From positions 2,432,001-2,496,000 of the forward strand of contig OY759353.1 of NCBI GenBank assembly GCA_963662315.1: 64,000 nt of DNA, written 5' to 3'. This stretch comes from Geopsychrobacteraceae bacterium. Its GTDB lineage: Bacteria > Desulfobacterota > Desulfuromonadia > Desulfuromonadales > Geopsychrobacteraceae. Below, one piece after another: positions 48,071 to 58,425 of the stretch. The notes under the pieces are model-generated. The model ran no database searches and was not told where the DNA came from. It saw nothing but the letters and a program-made list of their open reading frames with translations. The position numbers and the translations under genes were made by a program. The stretch's first letter is position 1. Every line of letters begins with the position of its first letter.

Positions 48071-48117
48071 ACACTACATCTAGTATTTTTCTCAAAACAC
48101 AGAACTACATGTTGTCG
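48071..48117. promoter_or_regulatory. Tandem NrdR boxes
   Basis: ACACTACATCTAGTAT (48071-86) and GAACTACATGTTGTCG (48102-117), 31 bp apart, upstream of nrdD; resemble acaCwAtATaTwGtg. Confidence 0.75.
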
Positions 48118-48218
48118 ACGACCTGTGAGTAACCTGTGGACAGAAAATGATAAGTCTCAGCAATTCATACATATTTCTGAGACAGAAAGAAGCCAGAGAA
48201 GGGATACTGCAAGCTCAC

Positions 48219-49205
48219 CTAATCGGCAGGCTGAGAATTGGATTGAAAATGAGCGAAACGTTCCTCCAGCAGAGCAGTAAAGCGGCTGATGGCGGTACAG
48301 CGCTTGAGTTTACCCAAATCATGCTGACAGGAAGGATATGAAATAAAATTCAGTACGTCTTTCAGTTTCATCAACGCCTGCCGTTCACCGCAAAACTTAT
48401 CCAGATAGGGCGAAACCAGGGCATTAACAAAAGCAAAGATCTCCCGGCGCATTTGCGGTTCCTCCACACGCTCTGGCTCCTGATGCCTGATGCGCCGAAA
48501 CAGCAGAGGATCAGACAAAGCACCCCGTCCGAGCATCAAACCGGCCAACTCTGGCAGTTCCAACAGTTTCCACGCTATGCTGGGATCATTAATATCGCCG
48601 TTGGCGATAATCGGGATGCGGGTCTTCAGGACAACCTCAGCAGTCAGATCATGATCAGCATGACCGGCGTATTTTTGCACGACCGTCCGCGGGTGAAGAA
48701 TCAGAAAATCGACACCACAATCGGCAAAAACCGGTAATAAGGAAAAGATCTGCTTAGGATCATCATACCCGGCCCGGCATTTGACCGAGAAACTGCCGTG
48801 AATGACCGCCCTTAACTGTTTAAGCAGGGCTGCCAGCGCAGCAGGGTCTTTTAACAATTCCCCTCCGGTTGCACCGCTGGTCATCCGACCATAGGGGCAG
48901 CCCAGGTTCAGGTTCAGATAACGACACCCGGCAGCTTCAACTCGTTGTGCCGCTTCTGCCAGCGCTTGAGACTGATTGCCGATCAACTGCACCACCAGGG
49001 GAACCCGTGTTGAGGCACTGGCAATATCGCTTAAATCAGCACGGTTCACACGCTTACGGGACTGTGAACTCACGCGCACAAATTCAGTAAATACGACATC
49101 CGGCTGATAATGGTCGATAAAACACTGACGCATGGCACTATTGGTCAGCCCCTGCATGGGTGCTAACATCAGCGGCCGATGACCTGGATTCCAGGGGCAT
49201 TTCAT
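48219..49205 (-). CDS. tRNA-dihydrouridine synthase family protein
   Basis: LAPMQGLT, QLIG, NLNLGCP, HPRT, IANGDI, MLGRG. Confidence 0.9.
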   Translation of the reverse strand: MKCPWNPGHRPLMLAPMQGLTNSAMRQCFIDHYQPDVVFTEFVRVSSQSRKRVNRADLSDIASASTRVPLVVQLIGNQSQALAEAAQRVEAAGCRYLNLNLGCPYGRMTSGATGGELLKDPAALAALLKQLRAVIHGSFSVKCRAGYDDPKQIFSLLPVFADCGVDFLILHPRTVVQKYAGHADHDLTAEVVLKTRIPIIANGDINDPSIAWKLLELPELAGLMLGRGALSDPLLFRRIRHQEPERVEEPQMRREIFAFVNALVSPYLDKFCGERQALMKLKDVLNFISYPSCQHDLGKLKRCTAISRFTALLEERFAHFQSNSQPAD

Positions 49206-49208
49206 TGA

Positions 49209-49442
49209 CTATGCCTCCTTGATGACGCGTCGCAACAGCCCTTCAAGACCGTTGACCTTGATTTCATAAATTTCCAGCAACTGCTGCCCCAAACGCCCTT
49301 CCGGTAACTGGTTCTTCACCAGCCAGACAACATAAGGTTCGGGCAAATCAACCAGTAGACGACCAGCATACTTGCCATACGGCATGATTGTCAGCGCCAA
49401 ACGCTTAAGATGTACAGGATCAGGAACGGCGGAAAGAGCCAT
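49209..49442 (-). CDS. DUF3820 family protein
   Basis: MPYGKY.GR.L.DLPE.Y..W, G.LG..L....EIK.NGLE.L. Confidence 0.85.
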   Translation of the reverse strand: MALSAVPDPVHLKRLALTIMPYGKYAGRLLVDLPEPYVVWLVKNQLPEGRLGQQLLEIYEIKVNGLEGLLRRVIKEA

Positions 49443-49528
49443 AGTGCATATCCAGTGGGTACAATATATTCATGCTTATAAAATCCGTTGCCGCTTTTAT
49501 CACAATCCGCTACGCTTGTCCTCAATTT

Positions 49529-49574
49529 AAAAAAGCCGGGACAGTTTCATGAAACGAAAAACTGTCCCGGCTTT
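49529..49574 (-). terminator. Intrinsic terminator after cbiET
   Basis: AAAGCCGGGACAGTTT...AAACTGTCCCGGCTTTTTT. Confidence 0.8.
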
Positions 49575-49618
49575 GACAACGCATGTCGCTATCGTCGTCA
49601 GCGTCCCCTGAGAAAAAA

Positions 49619-50833
49619 TCACTCCTTGACCGCAGTTATGACATAAACCGGATCGAAGGCCTCAAACATTTTATAATTGGAGTATGGTCGTGTTTTAGCG
49701 ATATTGACCGTGACAACTTCAACCTGGTACCCGGCATTACCAAAGAATTCATTAGCAGCCGTCAGCGTATCAAGAGTGATCGCGTTCATGACAATACGCC
49801 CACCGGTCGCCAGTCGTGCATCGACGCCATTAAGAATTTCCCACAGAAAGCCACCACTACCGCCGATGAAAACCCGGTCAGGGTCGGGCAACTCCTCAAG
49901 ACAGGCCGGGGCATCCCCTTCAATCAGCGTGACATTGCGGGTATTGAACTTCTGCAGATTTTCCTTAATAAACTGGCGGCATTCTTCATTACGCTCGATG
50001 GCAAAGATCCGTCCGTTGGGCAACAGATGATCAGCTTCTATACAGATCGATCCCGACCCGGCACCAACATCCCAGAGGCACATATCATGGCGCAGCTTCA
50101 GCTTAGCGAGAGTAATAACCCTGACCTCCTCTTTCGTGATCAGTTTTTTTACACTGACAAACTCATCATCGGGAATCCCCAATGTCGGAACATAAAGCGC
50201 GGCATCCTCTTCGTACTCCTTAATCAGGATCACGAGATTAAGCGGCGCGACATCCAGCGCCAACAATCCACGAATATCGGTCACGCGAATTTTTTCTTCT
50301 GCAGTCCCCAGATTTTCACAAACAAACGCTTTATAACCACTGCGTCTGCGACTTAACAGCTCACGCCCGATCTGTCCTGGTTTACTTGAGCTATCGGTCA
50401 GCACCACCGCTTTATCATTAGCGACAATCCGATCGACAACATCCTTGATCCCACGTTCATAAGTCGAGATAAAAACCGTATCGTCCCAGGGCTCTCTGAT
50501 TTTTGCAAAAGCATATTGTACCGACGTCACGTTCGGCAGAAATTCAATAAGCTCATCGGGCAGATTGCGCAACAGGTAACGTCCGATTCCGAAAAACAAC
50601 GGGTCTCCCGAAGCCAGGACCACCGCTCGGCAATCACAATCCTGAAGACGCGGAACCATGCCAACCATACTGTCATCATCGATGACAACTTTTTCCCCCT
50701 GGTAATCAGGAAAAAGTTCGAGCAAACGCTGAGTCCCGAACAGCAGCGTGCTCTGAGCTATCAGCTCAAGAGCCTGACGGGTAAATCCTTCATGTCCGGC
50801 AATTCCCGCTCCGATTACATGAATCGACTTCAT
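49619..50833 (-). CDS. cbiET: Cobalt-precorrin-7 C5/C15 methyltransferase (CbiE-CbiT fusion, CobL-like)
   Basis: LASGDPLFFGIG, CENLG..EE, ITKEEVR, WDVGAGSGS, PDRVFIGGSG. Confidence 0.92.
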   Translation of the reverse strand: MKSIHVIGAGIAGHEGFTRQALELIAQSTLLFGTQRLLELFPDYQGEKVVIDDDSMVGMVPRLQDCDCRAVVLASGDPLFFGIGRYLLRNLPDELIEFLPNVTSVQYAFAKIREPWDDTVFISTYERGIKDVVDRIVANDKAVVLTDSSSKPGQIGRELLSRRRSGYKAFVCENLGTAEEKIRVTDIRGLLALDVAPLNLVILIKEYEEDAALYVPTLGIPDDEFVSVKKLITKEEVRVITLAKLKLRHDMCLWDVGAGSGSICIEADHLLPNGRIFAIERNEECRQFIKENLQKFNTRNVTLIEGDAPACLEELPDPDRVFIGGSGGFLWEILNGVDARLATGGRIVMNAITLDTLTAANEFFGNAGYQVEVVTVNIAKTRPYSNYKMFEAFDPVYVITAVKE

Positions 50834-50926
50834 GAGTTATCTCCATAGATAAAGTGATCTTCGGTTACAGCGCATGGTAACGCGATTTCCCTGAAAAGAA
50901 AACGGGAGCTTAGTTCAGCTAGCATT

Positions 50927-51529
50927 TTAGCCGTTTAATTTTTTCACCACCGAAACGCCATCAGCGTAATAATCGATAATATTATGGCACCCGTAATCCT
51001 GCTCAATATTGAACAGACTTGACAGCGGGGCCTGGATCGCATCGAGCAAAATCACCCGGTTGACGCCACCATGAGCTGCGATAACTATCTCTTCCCCCGC
51101 ATGTGCAGCAATAATTCCGGCAACGACGGGAAGTATCCGATCGGCCAGGTCGCGCAACGCCTCTCCTCCTGGAGGAGCAACATTGACAATGTCCCGCAGC
51201 CGGGCCTGCCACAGCTCAGGGTAATTCTGCTCCAACTGCTGCCACGTCTGCCCTTCCCACTCGCCGATATGCAATTCACGCAAACCTGCCAGGAAAACCG
51301 GAGAAACCTGCTGCTGCTGAGCAACCAGATCAGCCAAATAGCGGCAACGTTGCAGATCGCTCGAATAAACCGCTGCCAACGCAACATCCTGCAAGCGTTC
51401 GGCAAGTGCGGCGGACTGTTGTTTGCCATAAGCAGTCAGGCTGACATCCCCCTGACCGTTGTAACGATGCGCCTCAAAACCTTCGACCTGCCCATGTCTG
51501 AGCAAATGAACGCGTGTCGGTCGCATCAT
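50927..51529 (-). CDS. cobC: Alpha-ribazole phosphatase (histidine phosphatase family)
   Basis: RHG, SSDL.RC, LRE...G.WEG, AHGGVNR. Adjacent to cbiET. Confidence 0.78.
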   Translation of the reverse strand: MMRPTRVHLLRHGQVEGFEAHRYNGQGDVSLTAYGKQQSAALAERLQDVALAAVYSSDLQRCRYLADLVAQQQQVSPVFLAGLRELHIGEWEGQTWQQLEQNYPELWQARLRDIVNVAPPGGEALRDLADRILPVVAGIIAAHAGEEIVIAAHGGVNRVILLDAIQAPLSSLFNIEQDYGCHNIIDYYADGVSVVKKLNG

Positions 51530-52137
51530 CCTTCGTTCTCATCCAGATCATTGCCTACAGCCATGGCGTCCTCTATGCGCTCCCAGATATCATCACGCCC
51601 CTCTTTGGTCTGCGCCGAAAACAGGCTGAAGACATCCTTCCCAAGTCCTGTCTCCAAGGCAATCTGTTTAAGTTGCCGCTCCCGCTGCGAACGGTTGACT
51701 TTATCCAACTTGGTCACAACCGGGATTGTGGGCACACCAAATTCCTCAAGCCAGTCAAGCATCTGAATGTCTTCTTCACGCGGCACCCTGCGTATATCAA
51801 GAATAAAAACAACCGCCTTAAGATTTTCCCGCATCTCCAGGTAGGATCTGACCATGGGACCCCAGGCATTTTTCACCGCTACTGGAACCTTTGCAAACCC
51901 GTAACCCGGCAGGTCAACCAAGGTGAATTGCCCGTTAACCGCAAAAAAATTGAGCAGTTGTGTACGTCCCGGAGTTGAGGAGGTTCGCACCAGACTCTTG
52001 CGATTAAGCAGAACGTTGATCAACGAACTCTTACCCACATTACTGCGCCCAGCAAAAGCAATCTCCGGGCAGGTCGTTTCCGGGTACTGTCCCGGCTTGG
52101 TGGCACTTTTCACAAATTCAGCGGATATGATCTTCAT
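51526..52137 (-). CDS. engB: Ribosome biogenesis GTPase YihA/EngB
   Basis: [32 protein letters not shown]. Confidence 0.95.
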   Translation of the reverse strand: MKIISAEFVKSATKPGQYPETTCPEIAFAGRSNVGKSSLINVLLNRKSLVRTSSTPGRTQLLNFFAVNGQFTLVDLPGYGFAKVPVAVKNAWGPMVRSYLEMRENLKAVVFILDIRRVPREEDIQMLDWLEEFGVPTIPVVTKLDKVNRSQRERQLKQIALETGLGKDVFSLFSAQTKEGRDDIWERIEDAMAVGNDLDENEG

Positions 52138-52386
52138 AATAATTATTTCTTCAAAACCTCATAAGTGTGTCAATAAACGGATGAACAAACACCTAGGATA
52201 GCAGTCACAGTAATTACTGTCGACCAGTTACCGGCAATCTAAGACCGAAAAATAAAATATTAGTGATCTGAATCGCCGTGTTCTGTTAGTATTGTTATAG
52301 ACTATATCAGAATCAGAATATTTACCCGACCATTCGATCGACATCAGGAAGCTTATACCAGCTCGTTGCACACCAAGGAGACAATA

Positions 52387-52899
52387 ATGCTCAGCGAAAG
52401 ACTCGTTACCGCGATTAATGACCAGATTCAATACGAAATCCACTCTGCATTCGTCTACAAGGCAATGCAGGCCTATTTTGAAATGGAAGATCTTCCCGGC
52501 ATGGCCAACTGGATGAACGTTCAGTTTCAGGAAGAGATGGCCCATGCTGAAAAATTTTTTAATTTTGTCTGTGAAACCGGAAGCCGGGTTACTTTTCAAG
52601 AAATAGCTGCGCCACGCAATGAATATTCATCCCCCCTGGAGGTATTTCAGGCTGCCCTTGAGCATGAGCAATCAGTTACCTCCCGTATTAATAAGTTGAT
52701 GGACATTGCGGTTGAGGAAAAAAACCATGCCGTTCAGATTTTCCTGCAGTGGTTCATCACTGAACAGATTGAGGAAGAAGCCAGCGCTGGCCAGATCATC
52801 ACCAAACTGAAGCGTGTCAAAGATGATGGCCGCGGCCTGATGATGATTGATAATGAACTGGCGGCTCGAACCTTCACTCCTATTGCTACAGCTGAGTAA
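52387..52899 (+). CDS. ftnA: Non-heme ferritin
   Basis: INDQI..E..SA..Y, EEM.HA, LEHE..VT..I, FLQWF..EQ.EEE. Confidence 0.92.
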   Translation: MLSERLVTAINDQIQYEIHSAFVYKAMQAYFEMEDLPGMANWMNVQFQEEMAHAEKFFNFVCETGSRVTFQEIAAPRNEYSSPLEVFQAALEHEQSVTSRINKLMDIAVEEKNHAVQIFLQWFITEQIEEEASAGQIITKLKRVKDDGRGLMMIDNELAARTFTPIATAE

Positions 52900-52957
52900 T
52901 TAGCTGTTATTTTTGTACTTATGACGATTCATTACCAAGAGAAGGAGGAACAATCCC

Positions 52958-53458
52958 ATGCTGAATGAAACTGAAATCAAAAAAGCGCTGGCCAGTTCAG
53001 TGCAAACCGAAAAAAATGCCATGAACTTTTACCAGTTGGCCGCTAAAGAAATGAAAAATGCTGATGCCATCAAAACCTTTGAGCTGCTTGCCCGTGAAGA
53101 ACGTGAACACGCCAAACACTTCTTCGATAAGTGCATGTGCTCAGACCTTCTCCCTCCATTTGAAGAATTTATTGCAGCTCCTCCGGAAAAATCCAGTGAC
53201 TGGTTATCCGACCTGGACAAAGCGCTGCTCGAAAATTTTGATGATCGTAAAGCCATGGAACTTGCAATGGACAAAGAGCAAAAACTGGCTGAAAGCTTGC
53301 GCGCAATGGCTGCCAAAGTTTCTGACCCTGAGGTCCGTGCGGTATTCGAAGAAAATGCCAAATCCACGGAAAATCATTACATTATTATTGAATCTGAATA
53401 TGCCCGGCTAATGGGTATGGTTCACGAAACCGATATCGATACTTTCGTTCGTGAATAG
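52958..53458 (+). CDS. Rubrerythrin-like ferritin-superfamily protein
   Basis: EK.A..FY, LA.EE.EH di-iron-type motifs; no rubredoxin domain. Confidence 0.8.
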   Translation: MLNETEIKKALASSVQTEKNAMNFYQLAAKEMKNADAIKTFELLAREEREHAKHFFDKCMCSDLLPPFEEFIAAPPEKSSDWLSDLDKALLENFDDRKAMELAMDKEQKLAESLRAMAAKVSDPEVRAVFEENAKSTENHYIIIESEYARLMGMVHETDIDTFVRE

Positions 53459-53513
53459 TTCATCTCATGAATAAAAGGGGATCCGGCCTGACCGGATAAC
53501 TCCGATTTTTTCC

Positions 53514-53550
53514 AAATGCCGGGCTTTAAAGTGAAGTCCGGCATTTTTTA
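53514..53550 (+). terminator. Intrinsic terminator
   Basis: AAATGCCGGGCTT...AAGTCCGGCATTTTTT. Confidence 0.75.
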
Positions 53551-53738
53551 TGTCCTTGTCACCAATCACTTTTTGCAGCATGTGATTTCTGGTATTTCTG
53601 TATCCCCTTGCCTATCCTGATTCGGCATAAATTCATAAAAAATATGATAAATATTGACTCGAAACGGTACTTGCAACAGTATGGCCGATTGGTATTTTCC
53701 GGTCGCTTTACTGTCCGGTTTTCAAAATGGAGGTTTTC

Positions 53739-54290
53739 ATGAAATTGCTTGCGTCGATCGTCACCGTTATCGACACTCTGAATACCGCTATCGGCAAAGG
53801 AGTATCCTGGTTAAGCGGAATTCTGGTTGTTGTCGTTTGCTATGACGTTTTCACCCGCTATTTTCTGCGTCACAGTAGTGTCGCCGTTCAGGAAATGGAA
53901 TGGCATATCTTTGCAATTTTGTTTCTGATTGCCGCTGCCTATGCCCTGAAAGAGGATAGCCACGTCCGGGTTGATGTCTTCTATACGCACCTACCACCAC
54001 GCGGCAAAGCCGCTATTAATTTTTTCGGCAGTGTCATTTTTCTGATTCCATTTGCTCTGTTGATTATCTGGACCAGCAAAGGTTTTGTCTCCATGAGTTA
54101 TACAATTCAGGAAATCAGCCCCGATCCTGGAGGTCTTCCCTATCGTTTTCTGCTTAAAGCCATGGTCCCGACCGGTTTTATCCTGATCCTGTTGCAGGGG
54201 ATCTCCCTGGCCCTCAGTTCATTCTGTATCATGATCGGCAGCCCCCTGAAAAATCAACGTTCCACCCCGGAGGACCAGCCTCATGCCTGA
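53739..54290 (+). CDS. dctQ: TRAP transporter small permease
   Basis: QEMEWH, HVRVD.FY, E.SPDPGGLP. RBS GGAGG before ATG 53739. Confidence 0.88.
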   Translation: MKLLASIVTVIDTLNTAIGKGVSWLSGILVVVVCYDVFTRYFLRHSSVAVQEMEWHIFAILFLIAAAYALKEDSHVRVDVFYTHLPPRGKAAINFFGSVIFLIPFALLIIWTSKGFVSMSYTIQEISPDPGGLPYRFLLKAMVPTGFILILLQGISLALSSFCIMIGSPLKNQRSTPEDQPHA

Positions 54291-55605
54291 ATATGTGTCT
54301 CTTGTTTTATTTGCAGTTGTCTTTGCCCTGTTATTACTGGGCTTTCCGGTCGCATTTACCCTGGGGGGGGTCTCTTTCATTTTTGGCTATTTTACCTTTG
54401 GTCTAAACTTTTTCCAGCTGCTTCCCCTGCGCATCTGGGGAACCATGACCAACTATGTTCTGATTGCCGTTCCGCTATTTGTCTTTATGGGACTGATGCT
54501 TGAAAAGTCAGGATTGGCCGAAGAGCTGCTGGAAACCATGGCCATGCTGTTCGGAAAGATACGTGGTGGGCTAGCTATTTCCGTAATCGTCGTTGGCGCG
54601 GTCCTGGCGGCTTCAACCGGCATAGTCGGCGCTACGGTTGTAACCATGGGGCTGTTGTCCTTGCCAACCATGGTCAAGCGAGGCTATTCCCCCGAGCTGT
54701 CTACCGGAACTATTTGCGCCGCCGGAACTTTGGGGCAGATCATCCCTCCAAGTATTGTCCTGGTGCTGCTTGGCAGTGTCATGAACATCTCCATCGGCGA
54801 TATGTTCGTTGGCGCGATCATTCCCGGCCTCCTGATGGTTGCGCTTTACATTGTCTATATCATTATTGTCGCTGCAGTCCGCCCTGAATCTGCTCCGGCT
54901 ATGCCACCAGAAGAACTGGCCGCCTTTCGTGCCAATGGTATGTATCGGCGCATTATCCGCGCTTTTCTACTGCCGTTCTTCCTTATCCTGGCTGTTCTTG
55001 GATCCATATTTGCCGGGATCGCCTCACCAACCGAGGCAGCTGCTGTTGGAGCATTCGGTGCAACACTTCTGACTATCTGGCAGAAAAAGTTTACCTACAA
55101 AACCCTCATTGAAGTGATGCGCGGCACAACAACCCTGACCTGCATGGTATTTATCCTGCTGGTTGGTGCGGCTGCCTTCGGTCTGGTTTTCCGTGGCATG
55201 GGAGGAGATCGTTACATCACTAGCCTGATTATGGATGCCGGGATTGAAGTTCACCATTTTCTCTTTATCGTTATGTTGGTTATTTTTATTGCCGGCTTTT
55301 TCATCGATTTTATCGAAATAACCTTCATTATAGTCCCCGTTGTTGCACCTATTTTCCAACAAATGGGTGTCAATCAACTGTGGCTGGGCATCCTCATCGC
55401 TCTCAACTTACAAACCTCTTTTTTAACCCCGCCCTTTGGATTCAGCTTGTTCTATCTTAAAGGGGTTGCACCGCCAACCATCACCACGGCCCATATTTAT
55501 AAAGGCATCCTGCCCTTTATCGCGATTCAGATGATCTGTATCCTGATCGTTGTCTTCTGGCCCGATGCAGTCACCTGGCTTCCCAGGGCTATGTCCGGGC
55601 ACTGA
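54283..55605 (+). CDS. dctM: TRAP transporter large permease
   Basis: AVPLFVFMG, GTLGQIIPPS, PTEAAAVG, SFLTPPFG. Confidence 0.92.
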   Translation: MPEYVSLVLFAVVFALLLLGFPVAFTLGGVSFIFGYFTFGLNFFQLLPLRIWGTMTNYVLIAVPLFVFMGLMLEKSGLAEELLETMAMLFGKIRGGLAISVIVVGAVLAASTGIVGATVVTMGLLSLPTMVKRGYSPELSTGTICAAGTLGQIIPPSIVLVLLGSVMNISIGDMFVGAIIPGLLMVALYIVYIIIVAAVRPESAPAMPPEELAAFRANGMYRRIIRAFLLPFFLILAVLGSIFAGIASPTEAAAVGAFGATLLTIWQKKFTYKTLIEVMRGTTTLTCMVFILLVGAAAFGLVFRGMGGDRYITSLIMDAGIEVHHFLFIVMLVIFIAGFFIDFIEITFIIVPVVAPIFQQMGVNQLWLGILIALNLQTSFLTPPFGFSLFYLKGVAPPTITTAHIYKGILPFIAIQMICILIVVFWPDAVTWLPRAMSGH

Positions 55606-55624
55606 TTTGAGATCGCGTTTAAAC

Positions 55625-55662
55625 AAAAAATCCCCGCAGCGGTTTGCTACGGGGATTTTTTT
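55625..55662. terminator. Bidirectional intrinsic terminator
   Basis: AAAAAATCCCCGCAGC...GCTACGGGGATTTTTTT between convergent dctM and dctP. Confidence 0.8.
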
Positions 55663-55678
55663 CGTCCAACTCTTTTTC

Positions 55679-56773
55679 TTAGGCGAAAAGATTATGGTAG
55701 GCCACTTCAGATGCTTTTTGCCAGCCCTGGTATTCCTTCTGGAAAGCACTAAAACTATCGTAAACCTTCTTGCTCATAGGATCCTTGGCGACCAGTTCCT
55801 CAAGAACCTCATGGGAGTACTTACGTAACGTCTCTACGACATCCTTCGGGAATTGCTTTACCTGAACGCCTTCTTCCTTGATCATTTTGTTCAGATAACG
55901 GTTATTCTGGGCTTCCGCCTCACTAAGAGTCAACATATTGACGGCCATAGCAGCGTTACGAATAATCTCCTGCAGATCCTCAGGCAAAGAGTCAAAGGCA
56001 GCCTTATTGACAAACGCCTCAACAACAGAGCCCGGCTCATGCCAACCTGGAGCATAGTAGTACTTGGCAACCTTATAGAAGCCCATTTTATAGTCATTAT
56101 AGGGACCGACCCATTCTGTCGCATCGATGACACCGCGCTCAAGGTTGGTGTAAATTTCACCGCCGGCAGAAAGGATTGCGCTCCCCCCTGCTTTTGCCAG
56201 GACTTTTCCACCCAGACCAGGAATCCGCATTTTCAACCCTTTGAAATCTTCGATGCTCTTGATTTCACGATTGAACCACCCACCCATCTGCACGCCGGTG
56301 TTGCCAGAGGGGAAAGGAATCAGGTTAAACTTACTGTAAACTTCTTCCCACAGCTTAAGACCGCCACCGCTATACAGCCAGGAATTCATTCCCTGAGCGT
56401 TTAATCCAAATGGTACCGCAGAGAAAAACTGTGCGGCAGGAGATTTACCTGCCCAGTAATAGGGAGAAGCATGGCCCATTTCCACCATACCGGCACTAAC
56501 CGCTTCAAAGGCCTGTAACGGTGGAACCAGTTCGCCCCCACCGTAGACCTGTACTTTGAGCCGACCACCAGACATTTTAGTAATCATCTCGGCCAGCTTA
56601 TCAGCGCCTTCTCCAAACAATGGAAAGTGTGGTGGCCAAGTGGTTACCATGCGCCAGTTATAGGTCTTTTCGGCCCGGACAATAGCCGGAGCACCAACAG
56701 TTGCCGCAGTTGCAGCTACCGCCGTCGCGGCAGAAGCCTTTTTCAAAAAATCGCGCCTGTTATTTGTTTCCAT
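55679..56773 (-). CDS. dctP: TRAP substrate-binding protein (TakP-like, Tat signal)
   Basis: RRDFLK Tat motif, W.MVT.WP, YYW.GK, GNTG.QMGGWF, KMRIPG, EWVGP, PGWHEP. Confidence 0.9.
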   Translation of the reverse strand: METNNRRDFLKKASAATAVAATAATVGAPAIVRAEKTYNWRMVTTWPPHFPLFGEGADKLAEMITKMSGGRLKVQVYGGGELVPPLQAFEAVSAGMVEMGHASPYYWAGKSPAAQFFSAVPFGLNAQGMNSWLYSGGGLKLWEEVYSKFNLIPFPSGNTGVQMGGWFNREIKSIEDFKGLKMRIPGLGGKVLAKAGGSAILSAGGEIYTNLERGVIDATEWVGPYNDYKMGFYKVAKYYYAPGWHEPGSVVEAFVNKAAFDSLPEDLQEIIRNAAMAVNMLTLSEAEAQNNRYLNKMIKEEGVQVKQFPKDVVETLRKYSHEVLEELVAKDPMSKKVYDSFSAFQKEYQGWQKASEVAYHNLFA

Positions 56774-56881
56774 CGACAAGAATCCTCCCAGGGGAATTAA
56801 ACGGTAGTGACTTAAGTACGCAAAAGTCCAAACAGAATATAACTCTGTTATGTTCCTTGTCAAATCCTCTCTGGCTGTCGA

Positions 56882-58342
56882 CTAATATTCTTCGGAGGGA
56901 AACTCAACGATGAATGTCGCGCCACCACCTGGAGTCGGTTCAACCCAGGCACTGCCGCCGTAGACTCGTGCGATTTTGGCAACGCTCGCAAGACCGATAC
57001 CGGTTCCGGCAATTTTACGGCTATCTTTCCCCCGGAAGAAGGGTTCAAAAATTGCCATTTTTTCTGCTGTACCTACGCCAGGCCCGTGATCTTTCACGCG
57101 ATAACGGACACGACCATCAGCTTCTTCACCATCAACTTCTACCAGTGGATGCGTTTTCACTGCATATTTAATTGCATTTGCCAACAGATTACGAAACATA
57201 TTGGCCACCAGCTCTTCTGGGATACGAATAGCTGGGAGGTCCGCAATCTTTACTTCGGCACTGCTTTCGATGACCTTGTCGGCAAGCTCAAAAAGCATTT
57301 CGTTAGCCACCAGAGTGACATCCACCGGGAATTCAGGCTGTTTGAGCTGCTCGACACGCGATAAAGTCAGCAAATCCTCAAGCAGATTGCGCATCTTTTC
57401 TGCAGTTTTCTTGATCTCCTGAATACTGATCTGGCCAATTTCATCAAGCTCGTCACTATAACGATCAATAAGTAGATCGGCAAAGCCGATAAGTGGTGTC
57501 AGAGGTGAACGTAGGTCATGGGATACCGTAGATACGAAAGCATCGAGTTCTTTGTTGGCCTGATGCAGACGCTTTTCAGTCTGTGTCCTTTCCGTTATAT
57601 CGCGACAAACGGCCAGTTTTTGCGTAGTCGATGCCTTATCAGGATAGGGGGAATGAATCACTTCAAAAATTCTGTCTCCTCCTATAAACATTTTTTCCTG
57701 GCGCACTGCTTTGCCAGTCAGTACCACATCCATAGGACAATCTGGACAAACTCCCGGTTCATTGTAAATAGCTTCATGACAGTGTTTACCCGTAACATCG
57801 CCAAGCACTTCCACCATCGCCTGATTCACAAAAACAAGCTGATACTTGTCGTTACAGATATATACAGGGTCGGTCATACCATCGAGGACTGAACGCAGGG
57901 CAGCCTTTTCCTGTTCCAGTTCCGCCGTGCGCTTCACAACCGCTTTGCGCAGCAGATCTTCTTCCCGCTTAAATTGTGTAATTTCAACGAACGCTTCAAT
58001 CCCCCCGATAACCACCCCATCGATATTGCGCAACAGATCAATATTTTTACTTACTGATATCACTTCACCGTTTTTGTGAAGAAAGGAGCAGGTTTGATTA
58101 ATCACCGGGAAAGTGTCGCTATCTGAAAAAAGCCGACATCCAGCATGGCAGGGATCCCCCTGTAACAGCGAACAGTGTTTGCCAATAGCTTCCTGCGCCG
58201 TATAACCGGTAATCCGTTCCGCCTCTGCATTCCAGTAAACAATGTATTTTTCCGTATCGACCAGAAACAGTCCGGTTGGAATAGTCTGCAAGAGTTTTTC
58301 CAAAGGATATTTGTCAAGCAGTTGATGGAGAGCGACATTCAT
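56882..58342 (-). CDS. PAS-PAS sensor histidine kinase (cytoplasmic)
   Basis: Two PAS domains, SHDLRSPL H-box, NLLANAIKY, DHGPG, GTGIGL. Confidence 0.92.
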   Translation of the reverse strand: MNVALHQLLDKYPLEKLLQTIPTGLFLVDTEKYIVYWNAEAERITGYTAQEAIGKHCSLLQGDPCHAGCRLFSDSDTFPVINQTCSFLHKNGEVISVSKNIDLLRNIDGVVIGGIEAFVEITQFKREEDLLRKAVVKRTAELEQEKAALRSVLDGMTDPVYICNDKYQLVFVNQAMVEVLGDVTGKHCHEAIYNEPGVCPDCPMDVVLTGKAVRQEKMFIGGDRIFEVIHSPYPDKASTTQKLAVCRDITERTQTEKRLHQANKELDAFVSTVSHDLRSPLTPLIGFADLLIDRYSDELDEIGQISIQEIKKTAEKMRNLLEDLLTLSRVEQLKQPEFPVDVTLVANEMLFELADKVIESSAEVKIADLPAIRIPEELVANMFRNLLANAIKYAVKTHPLVEVDGEEADGRVRYRVKDHGPGVGTAEKMAIFEPFFRGKDSRKIAGTGIGLASVAKIARVYGGSAWVEPTPGGGATFIVEFPSEEY

Positions 58343-58425
58343 GGCAAAGACTCCAGACCTTCTGAGTTTGTGATATCCTATAAAACTATAACATCAATCT
58401 TCTGATATGCGTTAAAATCTTCAAA

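Noticed and set aside
48124..48145. DnaA-box-like sequences near the nrdD promoter
   Set aside because: Two mismatches each to TTATCCACA; could occur by chance.
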